In this document: positions 15,843 through 25,396 of the stretch, in pieces
Numbering within the stretch: position 1 is the stretch's first letter
How the letters are laid out: every line of letters starts with the position of its first letter
Assembly (NCBI GenBank): GCA_009779015.1
Contig: WRFC01000001.1
Span: forward strand, 1 to 28,083
Reading direction: 5' to 3'
DNA: 28,083 bases
From: Coriobacteriia bacterium
GTDB lineage: Bacteria; Actinomycetota; Coriobacteriia; Coriobacteriales; UBA8131
Translations under genes and position numbers: made by a program
The notes under the pieces: generated by a model
Database searches by the model: none
Told to the model about the DNA's origin: nothing
The model's input: the letters and a program-made list of their open reading frames with translations, nothing else

Positions 15843-18072
15843 CAGTGACCGTCCCATCCTTAAAGACCTTTCTGGCAGAATCCAACACGCCCTGGACCTT
15901 CTTCTTCCCTTCCTCTACAACCGCAGCCGGGAACTTGATCCGGACCGGTAGGCTGGGCGCTCCGGGAAGGTCGCTGAACCGCAGTTCGAACAGGGTTATC
16001 CCCTCATCTGTCAACGTTGTCTCGAGGCTGTCTAACTCGCCCTCTAACCCATCAAAGACCGTGTCGCCAATCGTCCCGCTGCCCTCGCCAGGCAATGCAG
16101 CATAGCCCGTTTTCATGTTCACGAGCCCCTGAACGACCGCTGATGGAGAAGCGCGGGCAACATGGATGCTGTTTACTACGACGGGTTTGGGCGAGGCCAG
16201 CTTGACGCCCTGCAGGCCGAGGCCTTTGATACAGCCTGTTACCGCATTCTCTGCCCATTCAGCCAAAGGCGTGAGGTGGATCAGCCTTAAGAAGTCACCG
16301 ACGGCCGGACCGAGCCCGTCCACCCCCGTGCTATAGGCCGAGAGCGCGCCGCCCCAGATCTCGAGGATGGCGTCAAATGCATCGAGGCCGAGCTTTCCGG
16401 CTGCCGGGCCGCTGAACTCGGCCTTCGCCCGGTCTAAGAAGTCACCCAGCAGGTTCTCATCAGACGATCCGGTGGCCAGGGCGGCGGCCGAGATGGCCAT
16501 GCGCACCGGCACCTCTTTTTTTCCGTTGATAAAAGGGCTTTGCAGGCCTTTGGGCAGCTCACGCTGGGATACGTCGAGCACAACCACGATGCAGCCGTTG
16601 CGTCCTGGTGGGAGCGGGTTGATACGCGTGGTCTTGAGGGAGTCGATTGCCTCTTGATAGACATCGACGCTCTTCTGGGCTTCGGCCTTGGCCTCTTTTT
16701 GGGCCTCGGAAAAGCGTTTTGAGGCTTCTTCGTAAAGGCGGGCGGCCTCAGCCACGGCCCGGTAGTGGTATTCAAAGCCAGTATCGATATTGCTCGTGGC
16801 CGAGCCGACGCGCCCGATCGTATTGATGCTCAGGTTGCAATACGGGCAGGCTTGGTATAAGCCGCCTTCCAGGCCGGCGATAGAGCCAAAGCCGCCTGCC
16901 CCGGCTTCTTGGTAGTAGGGGCATTGGCTGCTCCCGTGCAGGCAGCCGTTTGCATCCAAGGGAAAATCAGCGTCGGTATAAAGCCTGGTCTGCCGAACTT
17001 CGTCGTTGTTTTTGGCCAACAACGGAAAATAGGCATCCATGCTCCCGTCATCCGAATAGTGTACATAGCCTTTCTGCATTTCTTGGACAGCATAGCGATA
17101 GTACCGATAACGGGCTTCGGAGCGGACGGCTTCATCGAGGCTTGGGTCCTGGGGGCCTTCTTGCGCCAGGCGGGCCGCATAATAGCTCTTGGCCCGGTCT
17201 AAGGCCACTGAGAAGGACCAGCTCTCAGGGCTAGAAAAATACGGGTTAAAAAACCCTCTCATGTCAGCCAGGCTAGTCGCCCTCTCGTAGAGGCAATGGT
17301 TGGGGCTGGCACCACAATCGGCCAGCCAGCCGGCATACTCTGAAGTGTCCATGTCTTTTTTGGCCTCTTCGGCCTGGTCGCTCTTCTCTGCAGTCTTCTC
17401 GCTTGAGTCAGACAGTCGGCCGCTCAGCTCATCACTGTGGCCGTCATCGCCAAAACTTGCGTCCTCGGCCGTAAACGGGACAAGGAGGGCGGCTCCGAGG
17501 TACGATGTACCACCAGCGGGGCTGTTCGCACTGATCGTGGCAGCCGAGTTGACGGCCGCTAAGAAGGGCAGGACCTTTTGCAGCTGGGTCAGCGCCTGGC
17601 CGGCCTGCTTGGCAATCTTGTCGCGCGTCGTAAAGACCTTTCGGCCAAAATCCATGATCTTCACGCCGATACCCTGGCCGCCGGGAATGCAGCTGGCGAT
17701 TATCCCCACTCCTTCGACCGCAATGCCAAAAAGGCTCATTGAGAGCACGACGGCATCTGCGCTACGGGCGACGATGTAGTACTCGGCCACGACGTTCTCG
17801 GCCGCCAGGGCGCCTGCATCGGCCGCAAATTGGATGTCACCCGAACGGGCGTTGACCCAATAGATCTGCGCCGAGGCAAAGATCAGTGTTACCGCCAGCG
17901 CCAGGGCGATGGCGACACCGACGCTCGTGAACCCGCCTTCAGGCTCTAGCCATGGCCAGGGGCGGCCGCGCCTAGCGCCTCGAGGGCGCTGCCGCTGGGA
18001 GCCCTGGTTGCTGCATTCGGCCTTTTGTTCGCTCATTGCCTGTCTCATTGCTCGTCCCATTGCTTGACCCAT
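15829..18072 (-). CDS. Large TadG-like pilus protein (N-terminal Tad helix, Cys-containing extracellular region)
   Basis: EGGFTSVGVAIALALAVTLIF...DIQFAADAGALAA; 747-aa ORF in operon context; start uncertain (several Met near 18072-18036). Confidence 0.75.
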   Translation of the reverse strand: MGQAMGRAMRQAMSEQKAECSNQGSQRQRPRGARRGRPWPWLEPEGGFTSVGVAIALALAVTLIFASAQIYWVNARSGDIQFAADAGALAAENVVAEYYIVARSADAVVLSMSLFGIAVEGVGIIASCIPGGQGIGVKIMDFGRKVFTTRDKIAKQAGQALTQLQKVLPFLAAVNSAATISANSPAGGTSYLGAALLVPFTAEDASFGDDGHSDELSGRLSDSSEKTAEKSDQAEEAKKDMDTSEYAGWLADCGASPNHCLYERATSLADMRGFFNPYFSSPESWSFSVALDRAKSYYAARLAQEGPQDPSLDEAVRSEARYRYYRYAVQEMQKGYVHYSDDGSMDAYFPLLAKNNDEVRQTRLYTDADFPLDANGCLHGSSQCPYYQEAGAGGFGSIAGLEGGLYQACPYCNLSINTIGRVGSATSNIDTGFEYHYRAVAEAARLYEEASKRFSEAQKEAKAEAQKSVDVYQEAIDSLKTTRINPLPPGRNGCIVVVLDVSQRELPKGLQSPFINGKKEVPVRMAISAAALATGSSDENLLGDFLDRAKAEFSGPAAGKLGLDAFDAILEIWGGALSAYSTGVDGLGPAVGDFLRLIHLTPLAEWAENAVTGCIKGLGLQGVKLASPKPVVVNSIHVARASPSAVVQGLVNMKTGYAALPGEGSGTIGDTVFDGLEGELDSLETTLTDEGITLFELRFSDLPGAPSLPVRIKFPAAVVEEGKKKVQGVLDSARKVFKDGTVTDVWE

Positions 18073-18623
18073 TCAGCGGGCCCTCCCTGTCCTTCCCAGA
18101 CCCAGTCCGGCTGGCTGGGCATTTTGACTTCGACGACCTGCTCGATGTTGCCCTCAGCATCGGTCTTGCCTAAGAGCTGAGCGCCCAAGCCGATCAAAGG
18201 CAAGGGCTTGAGGTGGTTGACGATGCGCACGCTGACCTCGGGGCTCTCTTCTCCCCCGGTTAGCTCGATCGTCCAGGAGTCGCCATTCGGGTGTGCGTGA
18301 AAGATATCGATTGGTGGGATCGCGGCCAGGCGCCGCTTGGTATAACCCAGGTATTTCTCGTCGCTATAGCCGCCGAGCGCCGTGCGCGTGGCCAGCAGGC
18401 GGCAAGACTCGGCGGCAGCGTTCTCCATGATGATCTGGTTGTAGAGGAGGATCGCAGGCTGCAACAAGATCAAAATGAGCAAGAAGAGGGTGGGGATCAG
18501 GACGGCGGCCTCGACCGTGGCCTGGCCGTGCGTGTCGTGGACGGCTCGGGCGGCCTGTGTTTTGACCTGGTGCCTGGCCGGCCTGCCTCGCTTTATGGGT
18601 CTACCCAGCATTGTTACGAACAT
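18045..18623 (-). CDS. tadE: TadE-like pseudopilin
   Basis: HGQATVEAAVLIPTLFLLILILLQ...AAAESCRLLA. Confidence 0.82.
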   Translation of the reverse strand: MFVTMLGRPIKRGRPARHQVKTQAARAVHDTHGQATVEAAVLIPTLFLLILILLQPAILLYNQIIMENAAAESCRLLATRTALGGYSDEKYLGYTKRRLAAIPPIDIFHAHPNGDSWTIELTGGEESPEVSVRIVNHLKPLPLIGLGAQLLGKTDAEGNIEQVVEVKMPSQPDWVWEGQGGPAEWVKQWDEQ

Positions 18624-18635
18624 AGCCGCTCCTTC

Positions 18636-18863
18636 TTAGTAAAGCAAGACATCGCCGATGCTGCCCACGACTTGCTGTCCCAAGGCATGCGACGCGCTCT
18701 CGATGCCGTGCTCGATGAAGGTCCCGTCGCCGATGCGCGCCTGCCAGGCGGCCAAGGCAACGATCATGGCAATCAGGATCAGGCCGACGATCGCATACTC
18801 GACGGTCGCTTGGCCGTTTTGGTCGCCCAACCGGGCTTTTAACGCACTGAAGACGGACCTCAT
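18636..18863 (-). CDS. Second Flp-like small pilin
   Basis: DQNGQATVEYAIVGLILIAMIVAL; 75 aa. Confidence 0.72.
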   Translation of the reverse strand: MRSVFSALKARLGDQNGQATVEYAIVGLILIAMIVALAAWQARIGDGTFIEHGIESASHALGQQVVGSIGDVLLY

Positions 18864-19549
18864 GGTTGGGCCTCGAGATCTGGTATCTTCAGCTCGACCA
18901 GGCGGACGACCAGCGGGTTAGACTCCGAGACCGTCCGGCCAAGGCATTCGGGTATGACGCTGATCAGCAGCACATTGCCGTCAGTAGAGGTTGCCGTGCA
19001 TGACCAGGACTGCTGCCCGAGGTCGATATAGCCGCTCCGCTCGAGCTTGTAGTCGTTGCCTTGGAGGCCTCGCAGCAGCAGCTCGCCGACCTCGGGGCAG
19101 CTTTGGCTGCTTTCCAGCTCCCAGCTGCGCAGGTATTTGTCCTCGTGGTAAAGAGGCGGCCCGGGCTGGCTCGAACTGATGCCGGCGAGCGGAATGGGCG
19201 GCAGGGAGCCTGCCTCGGAGGCTGGGCTGGCGTCTTGGGCAGCAGTGCTCTCGTCTGGAGAAGCGCTGCTGGAGGCGCTGCTTGGCGTGCCACTTAATAC
19301 GCCGTCTGACGTGCTGCCCGCCACTCCGCTGGGGATGCCGGCAGAGGTGTCATGCGGGAACCCGCCCGCCGTGCCAGACGAGGCCACGCCGTGGCCCTCT
19401 GCGGCCACGAGCCCGCTTTCCTGGAGGACATCGACTTGCTTTGATAAAAGGCCGTGCCCGAGATAGGCCGAGAGTGTGCCTGCGAGTACCAACATCAGGA
19501 TCCCTGCGGTAGCGAAAGCGTGTTTATGTTGGTTCTTATACCATCCCAT
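18860..19549 (-). CDS. Membrane-anchored hypothetical protein with Ser/Gly/Ala-rich linker
   Basis: N-terminal hydrophobic stretch, low-complexity middle, C-terminal domain with three Cys; alternative start at 19495 (TGATG coupling with flp). Confidence 0.65.
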   Translation of the reverse strand: MGWYKNQHKHAFATAGILMLVLAGTLSAYLGHGLLSKQVDVLQESGLVAAEGHGVASSGTAGGFPHDTSAGIPSGVAGSTSDGVLSGTPSSASSSASPDESTAAQDASPASEAGSLPPIPLAGISSSQPGPPLYHEDKYLRSWELESSQSCPEVGELLLRGLQGNDYKLERSGYIDLGQQSWSCTATSTDGNVLLISVIPECLGRTVSESNPLVVRLVELKIPDLEAQP

Positions 19550-19755
19550 AAAGCCTGCAATTTTCCACTGAACGCCATTACCGCAATAATGGCGATGACC
19601 ACCAACACCCCGACCAGAATTGCATATTCTGTTGTCCCCTGCCCCCGTTGGTCTCTCAAGGCCCGGCTCAGCTGACCGATCATCATCTGGCAGCGGATGG
19701 CCGCTCGGGTCGGGGCCTCTGTTAAAAAACCTCTTCTTTTTTCCATCATCATCAC
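19495..19755 (-). CDS. flp: Flp family type IVb major pilin
   Basis: DQRGQGTTEYAILVGVLVVIAIIAV, the canonical Flp G|Q-x-x-x-EY motif. Confidence 0.88.
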   Translation of the reverse strand: MMMMEKRRGFLTEAPTRAAIRCQMMIGQLSRALRDQRGQGTTEYAILVGVLVVIAIIAVMAFSGKLQALWDGIRTNINTLSLPQGS

Positions 19756-20445
19756 CTATAGCTTTCCCATCATATCGAGCATTATCGGTCCCATTACCAG
19801 CAACAACATGGCTGGTAGTATGAATACCCCGGTCGGAATCAACATCTTTACGGGGGCCTTGCTGACTTCTTCCTCACGCTCAGCGCGATAGTTTCGCCGC
19901 TGTTCTTGAGCGAGCTCGAGGAGGAGTTGGTTGATCGACGCGCCATAACGTAGACCGCGTATAGTAATTGTTGTAAAACGCATAAAAGATGGTGTCCCGA
20001 CTTCTTCTGCCAAGGCCTTCAAGCCCTCTTCGCGGGAGATCAGGCCCTTCTCCCAAAGGCTTAGCTGGGCTTGGCAGAGACTGGCCAACTGGCCATGGAA
20101 GCGCGTTGTATAGAGCTCGAAGGCTTGGTCAAAACCCAGGCCGGCGCGCATGCCCATGGCTGTCAGTTCGAGCAGTTGGGGCAGCTCGCGCTGGTAAGCC
20201 TGCCGAGCACCGTTCTTTTTGCTTTTGGGGAGAAGACGGGCCAGCTTGCCGATCAAGCCGGAGTCGGGCAGCTGGAGCCAGCGTCGAGAAGGTGCGCCCG
20301 GTTTTGCCGAGAGGCTGGCGCGCCTGCGCTTGCGCAGTTCGGTTGTGTACTTGCCTTCTAAAAAGGCAAAGGCCAGGAAGGTCACGGCGGTGGCTGCGAG
20401 TACCACTGCAAAGACGCAAGCGAGGATAGAAAAGGTATTGCTCAT
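19756..20445 (-). CDS. tadC: TadC (T2SS-F domain) inner membrane platform protein
   Basis: ELPQLLELTAMGMRAGLGFDQA...YGAS...EEEVSKAPVKMLIPTGVFILPAMLLLVMGP. Confidence 0.88.
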   Translation of the reverse strand: MSNTFSILACVFAVVLAATAVTFLAFAFLEGKYTTELRKRRRASLSAKPGAPSRRWLQLPDSGLIGKLARLLPKSKKNGARQAYQRELPQLLELTAMGMRAGLGFDQAFELYTTRFHGQLASLCQAQLSLWEKGLISREEGLKALAEEVGTPSFMRFTTITIRGLRYGASINQLLLELAQEQRRNYRAEREEEVSKAPVKMLIPTGVFILPAMLLLVMGPIMLDMMGKL

Positions 20446-21461
20446 GTCAGGTCGACCTTCAGGATGCGTTTGATCAAAAGGACTCCGAAAGCCTCGAGGG
20501 CGACGGCTACGAGAAGGATCATGAAGCCGCCGAGCGAGCTGAAGAAGCTGGCCAGGTACCCTTTCATGACGAGCGAGAGGACGCCCACCAAGACCCAGGG
20601 CATCAGTGAGACGACGCGGAACGAGAGCCTGGCCTGGGCAGTCTGGACCTCGAGCTGGCGCTGCAGGTCGACCGACGAGCGGATGGCGGCCGAGGCCGAG
20701 TCGAGCAGGTCTTTGAGGCTGCCGCCCGTGCGATGCTGGATCTCGAGCGCCGCCGTTAAGAAGCTCATCTCTTCGAGGCCGACACGCTGCTCAAGCCAAC
20801 TCAAGGCCTCGGGGACGGATTTGCCTGAGCGCACATCGGCGCTGGCCTGGGCCAGCTCGGCGGCCAAGGGGTCGGCGCACTCTTCGGCGGATTGCTGCAG
20901 CGCCTGGCTTAAGGAGTACCCGGCTTGGAGCGAAAAGGCCAAAGACTGGAGGGCGTCGGGCAGCTGCAGGCGTAAAAGCTCTTTTCGCTTGCGGGCCTGC
21001 TTGGCCGACCAGTTCTTCAGAAGCCAAGGCCAGGCCACGGCCAACCCGACAGCCAAAACCACCTGGTGCGTGAGAAATCCGACAACCAAGGCGATCATGG
21101 CCGAGAGCAGCATAATGAGCTCGACGACGACATGCGGCGTGGCCTTTTGGCCACGGCTTTCCATGGCCGCCTGCAAGCTGGCCACCAACGCCCTGACCTG
21201 ACTGATAGCAAGCAGCCTCTGGCTCAACCGCCGCAGGACGGGTAAGCCATTGCGCAGAAGCTCGGTGGCCAAGCCGCTCTTGTCGAGCCGTCCGGGACCG
21301 CCCCCGTCGCCTGTAGCGCGGGCCTTGGCGGCCAGGCGCCGCCGCTTGCTCTGCCACCAGTCCACCAGCGGGTTGACCGCCAAAACACCCGTAATGGCCG
21401 CCAGCAAGAGCGCCAGCAGCGGGCGCCAGTCGTCAAACCAAGATGCCAGGGAGAAGTCCAT
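20442..21461 (-). CDS. tadB: TadB (T2SS-F domain) inner membrane platform protein
   Basis: QLPDALQSLAFSLQAGYSL...LEIQHRTGGSL...TAQARLS. Confidence 0.9.
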   Translation of the reverse strand: MDFSLASWFDDWRPLLALLLAAITGVLAVNPLVDWWQSKRRRLAAKARATGDGGGPGRLDKSGLATELLRNGLPVLRRLSQRLLAISQVRALVASLQAAMESRGQKATPHVVVELIMLLSAMIALVVGFLTHQVVLAVGLAVAWPWLLKNWSAKQARKRKELLRLQLPDALQSLAFSLQAGYSLSQALQQSAEECADPLAAELAQASADVRSGKSVPEALSWLEQRVGLEEMSFLTAALEIQHRTGGSLKDLLDSASAAIRSSVDLQRQLEVQTAQARLSFRVVSLMPWVLVGVLSLVMKGYLASFFSSLGGFMILLVAVALEAFGVLLIKRILKVDLT

Positions 21462-22846
21462 TACGCCAGCCCTCCGTCTGCTCCTGGGCGCTCATAGACC
21501 TCTGTCTGAGGATTGAAACTATGCAGACAGGTCAGTTCGACCCCGTTGCGGCCGCCCGCGCAACTACAGAGCTCGACCACCCTCCGGCGGCCATGCCGGT
21601 CACGCTCTAATTGGACGATCAAGTCAAAGGCCGAGGCGATCTGCTCGTAAAGCACATCCACAGGCAGATCCATGCCAAAGCGGCACATCATCACGAGGCG
21701 CGAGACGGCCTCGCTCGGGGAGTTTGCGTGCAACGTCGTGAGTGAGCCGTCGTGTCCGGTATTCATGGCTTGGAGCATGTCCAAGGTCTCGGCGCCGCGG
21801 CACTCACCGACCACGATGCGGTCCGGCCGCATGCGCAAGGCGCTTGTTACCAGGTCGCGGATCGTCACTTCTCCCGAGCCCTCGATGCTGCTGCTGCGGG
21901 CTTCGAGCCTCACGACATGGGGGTGCGCATGAAAGCGCAGCTCGGCGGCATCTTCGATCGTGATGATGCGCTCCGAGGTCGGGATGGCCACCGAGAGGGC
22001 GTTGAGCAAGGTGGTCTTACCGCTGCCTGTGCCGCCGCTGACCACGATGCTCTGGCGCTTTTTAACAGCGTCTTCGAGCACGGCGGCGATCTCTTCGTCC
22101 ATGCTTTCGAGCTCCACCAGTTCGGCCAGTGTATACATCTGGGCGCGGAACTTGCGGATCGAGAGCACGGGGCCGTCGAGGGCGAGCGGCGGTATCACGA
22201 CGTGCACGCGGTGCCCCTCGGGCAGGCGGGCGCTGACGATCGGCGTGGCCTCGTCGACGCGTCGGCCGAGCGGCCCCAAGATGCGGTCGATCAGCTGCCT
22301 CAGCTGCGTCTCGTCGATGAACCTGAGCGTCGAGGGCTCGATCTTGCCGTCCCGTTCAAAAAACACCCGGTCCGGGCCGTTGACCATGATCTCGGTCACA
22401 CGGGCATCGGCCAAGAGCGGCTCGATCGGCCCAAAGCCGGTGACCGAGTCAAGCACTTTACGGCTCAGCTCTTGATGCTCGGCGGCGCTCAGGCCGGCCC
22501 ACTCCCCTTCTTCGAGCAACTGCTCGAGCACGGCGGCGACCTCGCGCCGGGCGCGCGTGGAGTCGGCCTCTAAGAGCTCCGAGATGCGCTTGCTGGGCAA
22601 GCGCCGATAGAGCTCGTCGCGCAGCCAGAGCTGGCCATCTGAGCCTTGACGGGCGGCATCGGGATAAACGCCGGGCCCGCCGCCGCCGACATTGCCGCCG
22701 CCATATGAGGCGCCATCCGGGGAGGCGCTGCCGGGGGCGGCATCATTCAGGCAGACGCCTTCTTCTGGGCATCCGGCTGATGCAACCACGGCCGGCGACA
22801 AAGGCCGGGCCGTCTCTAATGAGCTGATGACCTCACTGAGCGACAT
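21461..22846 (-). CDS. cpaF: CpaF/TadA pilus assembly ATPase
   Basis: EIMVNGP, GGTGSGKTT (Walker A), ITIEDAAEL, MRPDRIVVGECRG (Walker B), TGHDGSLTTLHANS. The ATG at 22846 overlaps the end of cpaE. Confidence 0.95.
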   Translation of the reverse strand: MSLSEVISSLETARPLSPAVVASAGCPEEGVCLNDAAPGSASPDGASYGGGNVGGGGPGVYPDAARQGSDGQLWLRDELYRRLPSKRISELLEADSTRARREVAAVLEQLLEEGEWAGLSAAEHQELSRKVLDSVTGFGPIEPLLADARVTEIMVNGPDRVFFERDGKIEPSTLRFIDETQLRQLIDRILGPLGRRVDEATPIVSARLPEGHRVHVVIPPLALDGPVLSIRKFRAQMYTLAELVELESMDEEIAAVLEDAVKKRQSIVVSGGTGSGKTTLLNALSVAIPTSERIITIEDAAELRFHAHPHVVRLEARSSSIEGSGEVTIRDLVTSALRMRPDRIVVGECRGAETLDMLQAMNTGHDGSLTTLHANSPSEAVSRLVMMCRFGMDLPVDVLYEQIASAFDLIVQLERDRHGRRRVVELCSCAGGRNGVELTCLHSFNPQTEVYERPGADGGLA

Positions 22847-24176
22847 GAGCGGACCTTCGCGAGAAGAGGCTGCCAAAGTCTGGGAGCCGGAAGCCAAAGA
22901 GGCGGCGTTCTTGAATAGCGGCAGGTGCCTGGGCGGCGCCCAAGGCCCGTGGCTCGAGGTTATCAAGCAGCCGCTCTAACGAGCTGACGAACGGGTTGGC
23001 GTTTTTCAGAAGCTCTTGCGGGCAACCAAGGGCAAGCAGCTCGTCTACCAAAGAACCGCCATCGTCTAACGCCCAGACCTCCTGGCCGCCCAGCACGAAT
23101 GAGGCATCCTCGGCTGTCAAGGGGGCGCCTCGGCCACAGCCGTTAAGCACGAAACGAAAGCGCGCCTCGGGGATCTGCAGGCTCAAGCAAAGTTCTTTCA
23201 GACGGCTGCAGGCGGCCAGCGAGGCTGAGCGCTGGTCCATAAAAAAGAGCAGCTGGCTGCATTTACGGGCGAGCAAGGCCTGGCTGTCAGTCCAGTAGCT
23301 GCCGGTATCGATGAAAACGAGGTCGAACCGGCTGGTCAACAGAGGCAGCAGCAGCTCGATTTGCTGAGCGGCCTGATCGGCTTCTTCGGGCCTTGTCGGG
23401 GCGCTCAGTAAAAGCAGCCCAGGCCGCCCGTTTTGCTGCTCCATCGCCCGCACTAACTCATCGGCCCGCTCTTCGGTGCATCTGATGATCGGGCAGGCAA
23501 CGATCGATTTGTTCTGCTCGTGCCCGATCGAGCTTGCCAGGTCGCCAAACTGGAAGTCAGCCTCAATCAGGGCGACCCGCCGCCCCCGGCGCGTGGCCAG
23601 CAAGGCCAGAAGGAGCGCCATGGTGCTTTTTCCGACTCCTCCGCGCCCCGAGATAAAGGCGATTGCCCGCGCTGCCGGTTTTTGCGGCGCGCCTTCAGAG
23701 GCCTCTGGCCGGGTTTGCCCGGCGCCCTCAGCGCCCAGCGCTGATTTCTCCGACAGCTCGGCCGGGGCTGCCAGGGCCGGTGGCTGGCCCTTGTAGGCAT
23801 CCACCATCAGCCCGGTCTCTAAGTCTTCAATACGCGGCTCTGGATAGCCGGTCTGTTCTTTCGGGCGGCCCAAGTACTCTTGGCCAAGGCTCTCGATCAG
23901 CTCGACGCCAGCCCGTTCGGCCCGTGTCACCAAAGACCCAGAGAACGTCTGCACAAGGAGCTTGACCGAACGGCCGGGGCAGTCATGCTTGAGCGCGGCC
24001 GCCAGGTTCAACGGCGTGACCTGCGGGTTAGCGATGCTCTCAAAGACTACAACAGAAAAACTGGGGTCGACTGCCTTGAGGAAATCGCGGCACTTGAAAG
24101 CGTCAGTGAAATTCTGCGGGTCGTCGACCCCTGGCCTCCAGACCAAGGCCACCAGGCTCTCGCCGAGGGCCATCAT
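22833..24176 (-). CDS. cpaE: CpaE/TadZ-like MinD/ParA-family ATPase
   Basis: FISGRGGVGKST (deviant Walker A), ALIEADFQFGD, FDLVFIDT; between cpaB and cpaF. Confidence 0.82.
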   Translation of the reverse strand: MMALGESLVALVWRPGVDDPQNFTDAFKCRDFLKAVDPSFSVVVFESIANPQVTPLNLAAALKHDCPGRSVKLLVQTFSGSLVTRAERAGVELIESLGQEYLGRPKEQTGYPEPRIEDLETGLMVDAYKGQPPALAAPAELSEKSALGAEGAGQTRPEASEGAPQKPAARAIAFISGRGGVGKSTMALLLALLATRRGRRVALIEADFQFGDLASSIGHEQNKSIVACPIIRCTEERADELVRAMEQQNGRPGLLLLSAPTRPEEADQAAQQIELLLPLLTSRFDLVFIDTGSYWTDSQALLARKCSQLLFFMDQRSASLAACSRLKELCLSLQIPEARFRFVLNGCGRGAPLTAEDASFVLGGQEVWALDDGGSLVDELLALGCPQELLKNANPFVSSLERLLDNLEPRALGAAQAPAAIQERRLFGFRLPDFGSLFSRRSAHVAQ

Positions 24177-24904
24177 TGCTTTTCTCCTTCGTCATCTCCG
24201 ACCAATACAAGGTAGAGGCTTTGCTCTTCAGAGGCGGCGATCACTTCTTGGACGCGCTCTTCTTGAAGCGCCAGCGTCACCCATTTGAGGTTGGCTTGCG
24301 AGCTGGTGCCCCCAAGCACGCCTGAGCTATTGCCAGAAAGGCCGTTGGCGGCTTGACCGGCCGCCAGGCTTCCGGTGAGGACGGTATTCGAGGTCGCTAA
24401 GACCAGTACGTCTGTATCTAGAAGCCGCACCTCGCCCGAGCCGGCGGCATAAAGGGCGACCTTTGTGCCCGCTTGGATAGCCCCGCCGACCGCGCGCAGG
24501 TTATCCGATGGCACGCTCAGTGCACAGAGGCCTTCGGGTATCTTCAGCATCTCGGCCGCGCTGCCGGCCTCGCCCAGCTTGGCGGAGGCCACCACCTCAT
24601 TGGCCAGCATCGGCATGGCCAGGGTCTGGCCGTAGACATCGGCCTCGGTACCGAGGGCACCGGCAGGCAAGAGGTCGACCAGCCAAAGCCTTTTACTGAC
24701 ATTCGAAGGGCTGAGCTCTTCTCCCGCATTGATATCGCGGTCGGCGACATAGACCTCGATTTGCTCGCCGCCGTATTTTGCTATGGCCTGCTGGCGTGCG
24801 CCCGTGGCTTCGGCACGGATGTCAGAGATATACCAGAAAACCGCCAGAGCAGCTAACACCCCGCAAAAGCAGGCTATTAATAAACGCATCCGCCGGGATC
24901 TCAT
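24173..24904 (-). CDS. cpaB: CpaB/RcpC Flp pilus assembly protein (SAF domain)
   Basis: N-terminal TM, VYVADRDINAGEEL (SAF), AVGGAIQAGTKVALY, VTLAL. Confidence 0.88.
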   Translation of the reverse strand: MRSRRMRLLIACFCGVLAALAVFWYISDIRAEATGARQQAIAKYGGEQIEVYVADRDINAGEELSPSNVSKRLWLVDLLPAGALGTEADVYGQTLAMPMLANEVVASAKLGEAGSAAEMLKIPEGLCALSVPSDNLRAVGGAIQAGTKVALYAAGSGEVRLLDTDVLVLATSNTVLTGSLAAGQAANGLSGNSSGVLGGTSSQANLKWVTLALQEERVQEVIAASEEQSLYLVLVGDDEGEKQ

Positions 24905-24966
24905 TGCAGCTATCGCCTCCTTTTATCAGGCATCCAGAATCAATAAGTCGAACTATGGGGAGGATT

Positions 24967-25051
24967 TTGGAAAAGTATTGGAAAGGTCTTTGAACAGTGA
25001 ATGAAAATAACTAACTTTTCGATTTCCTAACGCACCAGATTATTTTTCATT
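24967..25051. promoter_or_regulatory. Phased 11-bp direct repeats plus inverted repeat in the divergent cpaB/ferredoxin promoter region
   Basis: TTGGAAAAGTA / TTGGAAAGGTC / TTTGAACAGTG / AATGAAAATAA (24967-25010); the last unit is near-complementary to TTATTTTTCATT (25040-25051). Confidence 0.4.
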
Positions 25052-25157
25052 TATGACTTGCCAGGCGACTGAGTATCAGATATATTCACGCGGGTAATAA
25101 CTGAATGGTTTGTTCATGAAGGCTGATTTTTGAAGCCGAACAGAGAAAGGAATGGCA

Positions 25158-25346
25158 ATGCCGCGTCCGATTATTAATAACGATGATTGCACTGGCTGCG
25201 GGATCTGTGTTGACACCTGCCAGCATGGCGTACTGGACATCGTAGGCGACTATGCGACTGTCATCAATGATGAGGATTGCACAGCCTGCGGCGACTGCAT
25301 GGAAGACTGCCCGATGGGCGCGATCACCGAGATCGAAGAGGACTGA
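25158..25346 (+). CDS. 2[4Fe-4S] ferredoxin
   Basis: CTGCGICVDTC and CTACGDCMEDCP; ATG at 25158 is better spaced from the AAAGGA SD than 25152. Confidence 0.93.
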   Translation: MPRPIINNDDCTGCGICVDTCQHGVLDIVGDYATVINDEDCTACGDCMEDCPMGAITEIEED

Positions 25347-25396
25347 CAAGACCAACTAAAGGCGCTGGGGGTGCTTTCGTTGCCTGTTGAGCCGGT

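Noticed and set aside
13683-24904. Functional link between Tad pili and the methanol module (e.g. attachment to a syntrophic partner)
   Set aside because: Adjacency is explained by the tRNA boundary; no shared regulatory motif seen, so there is no sequence support.
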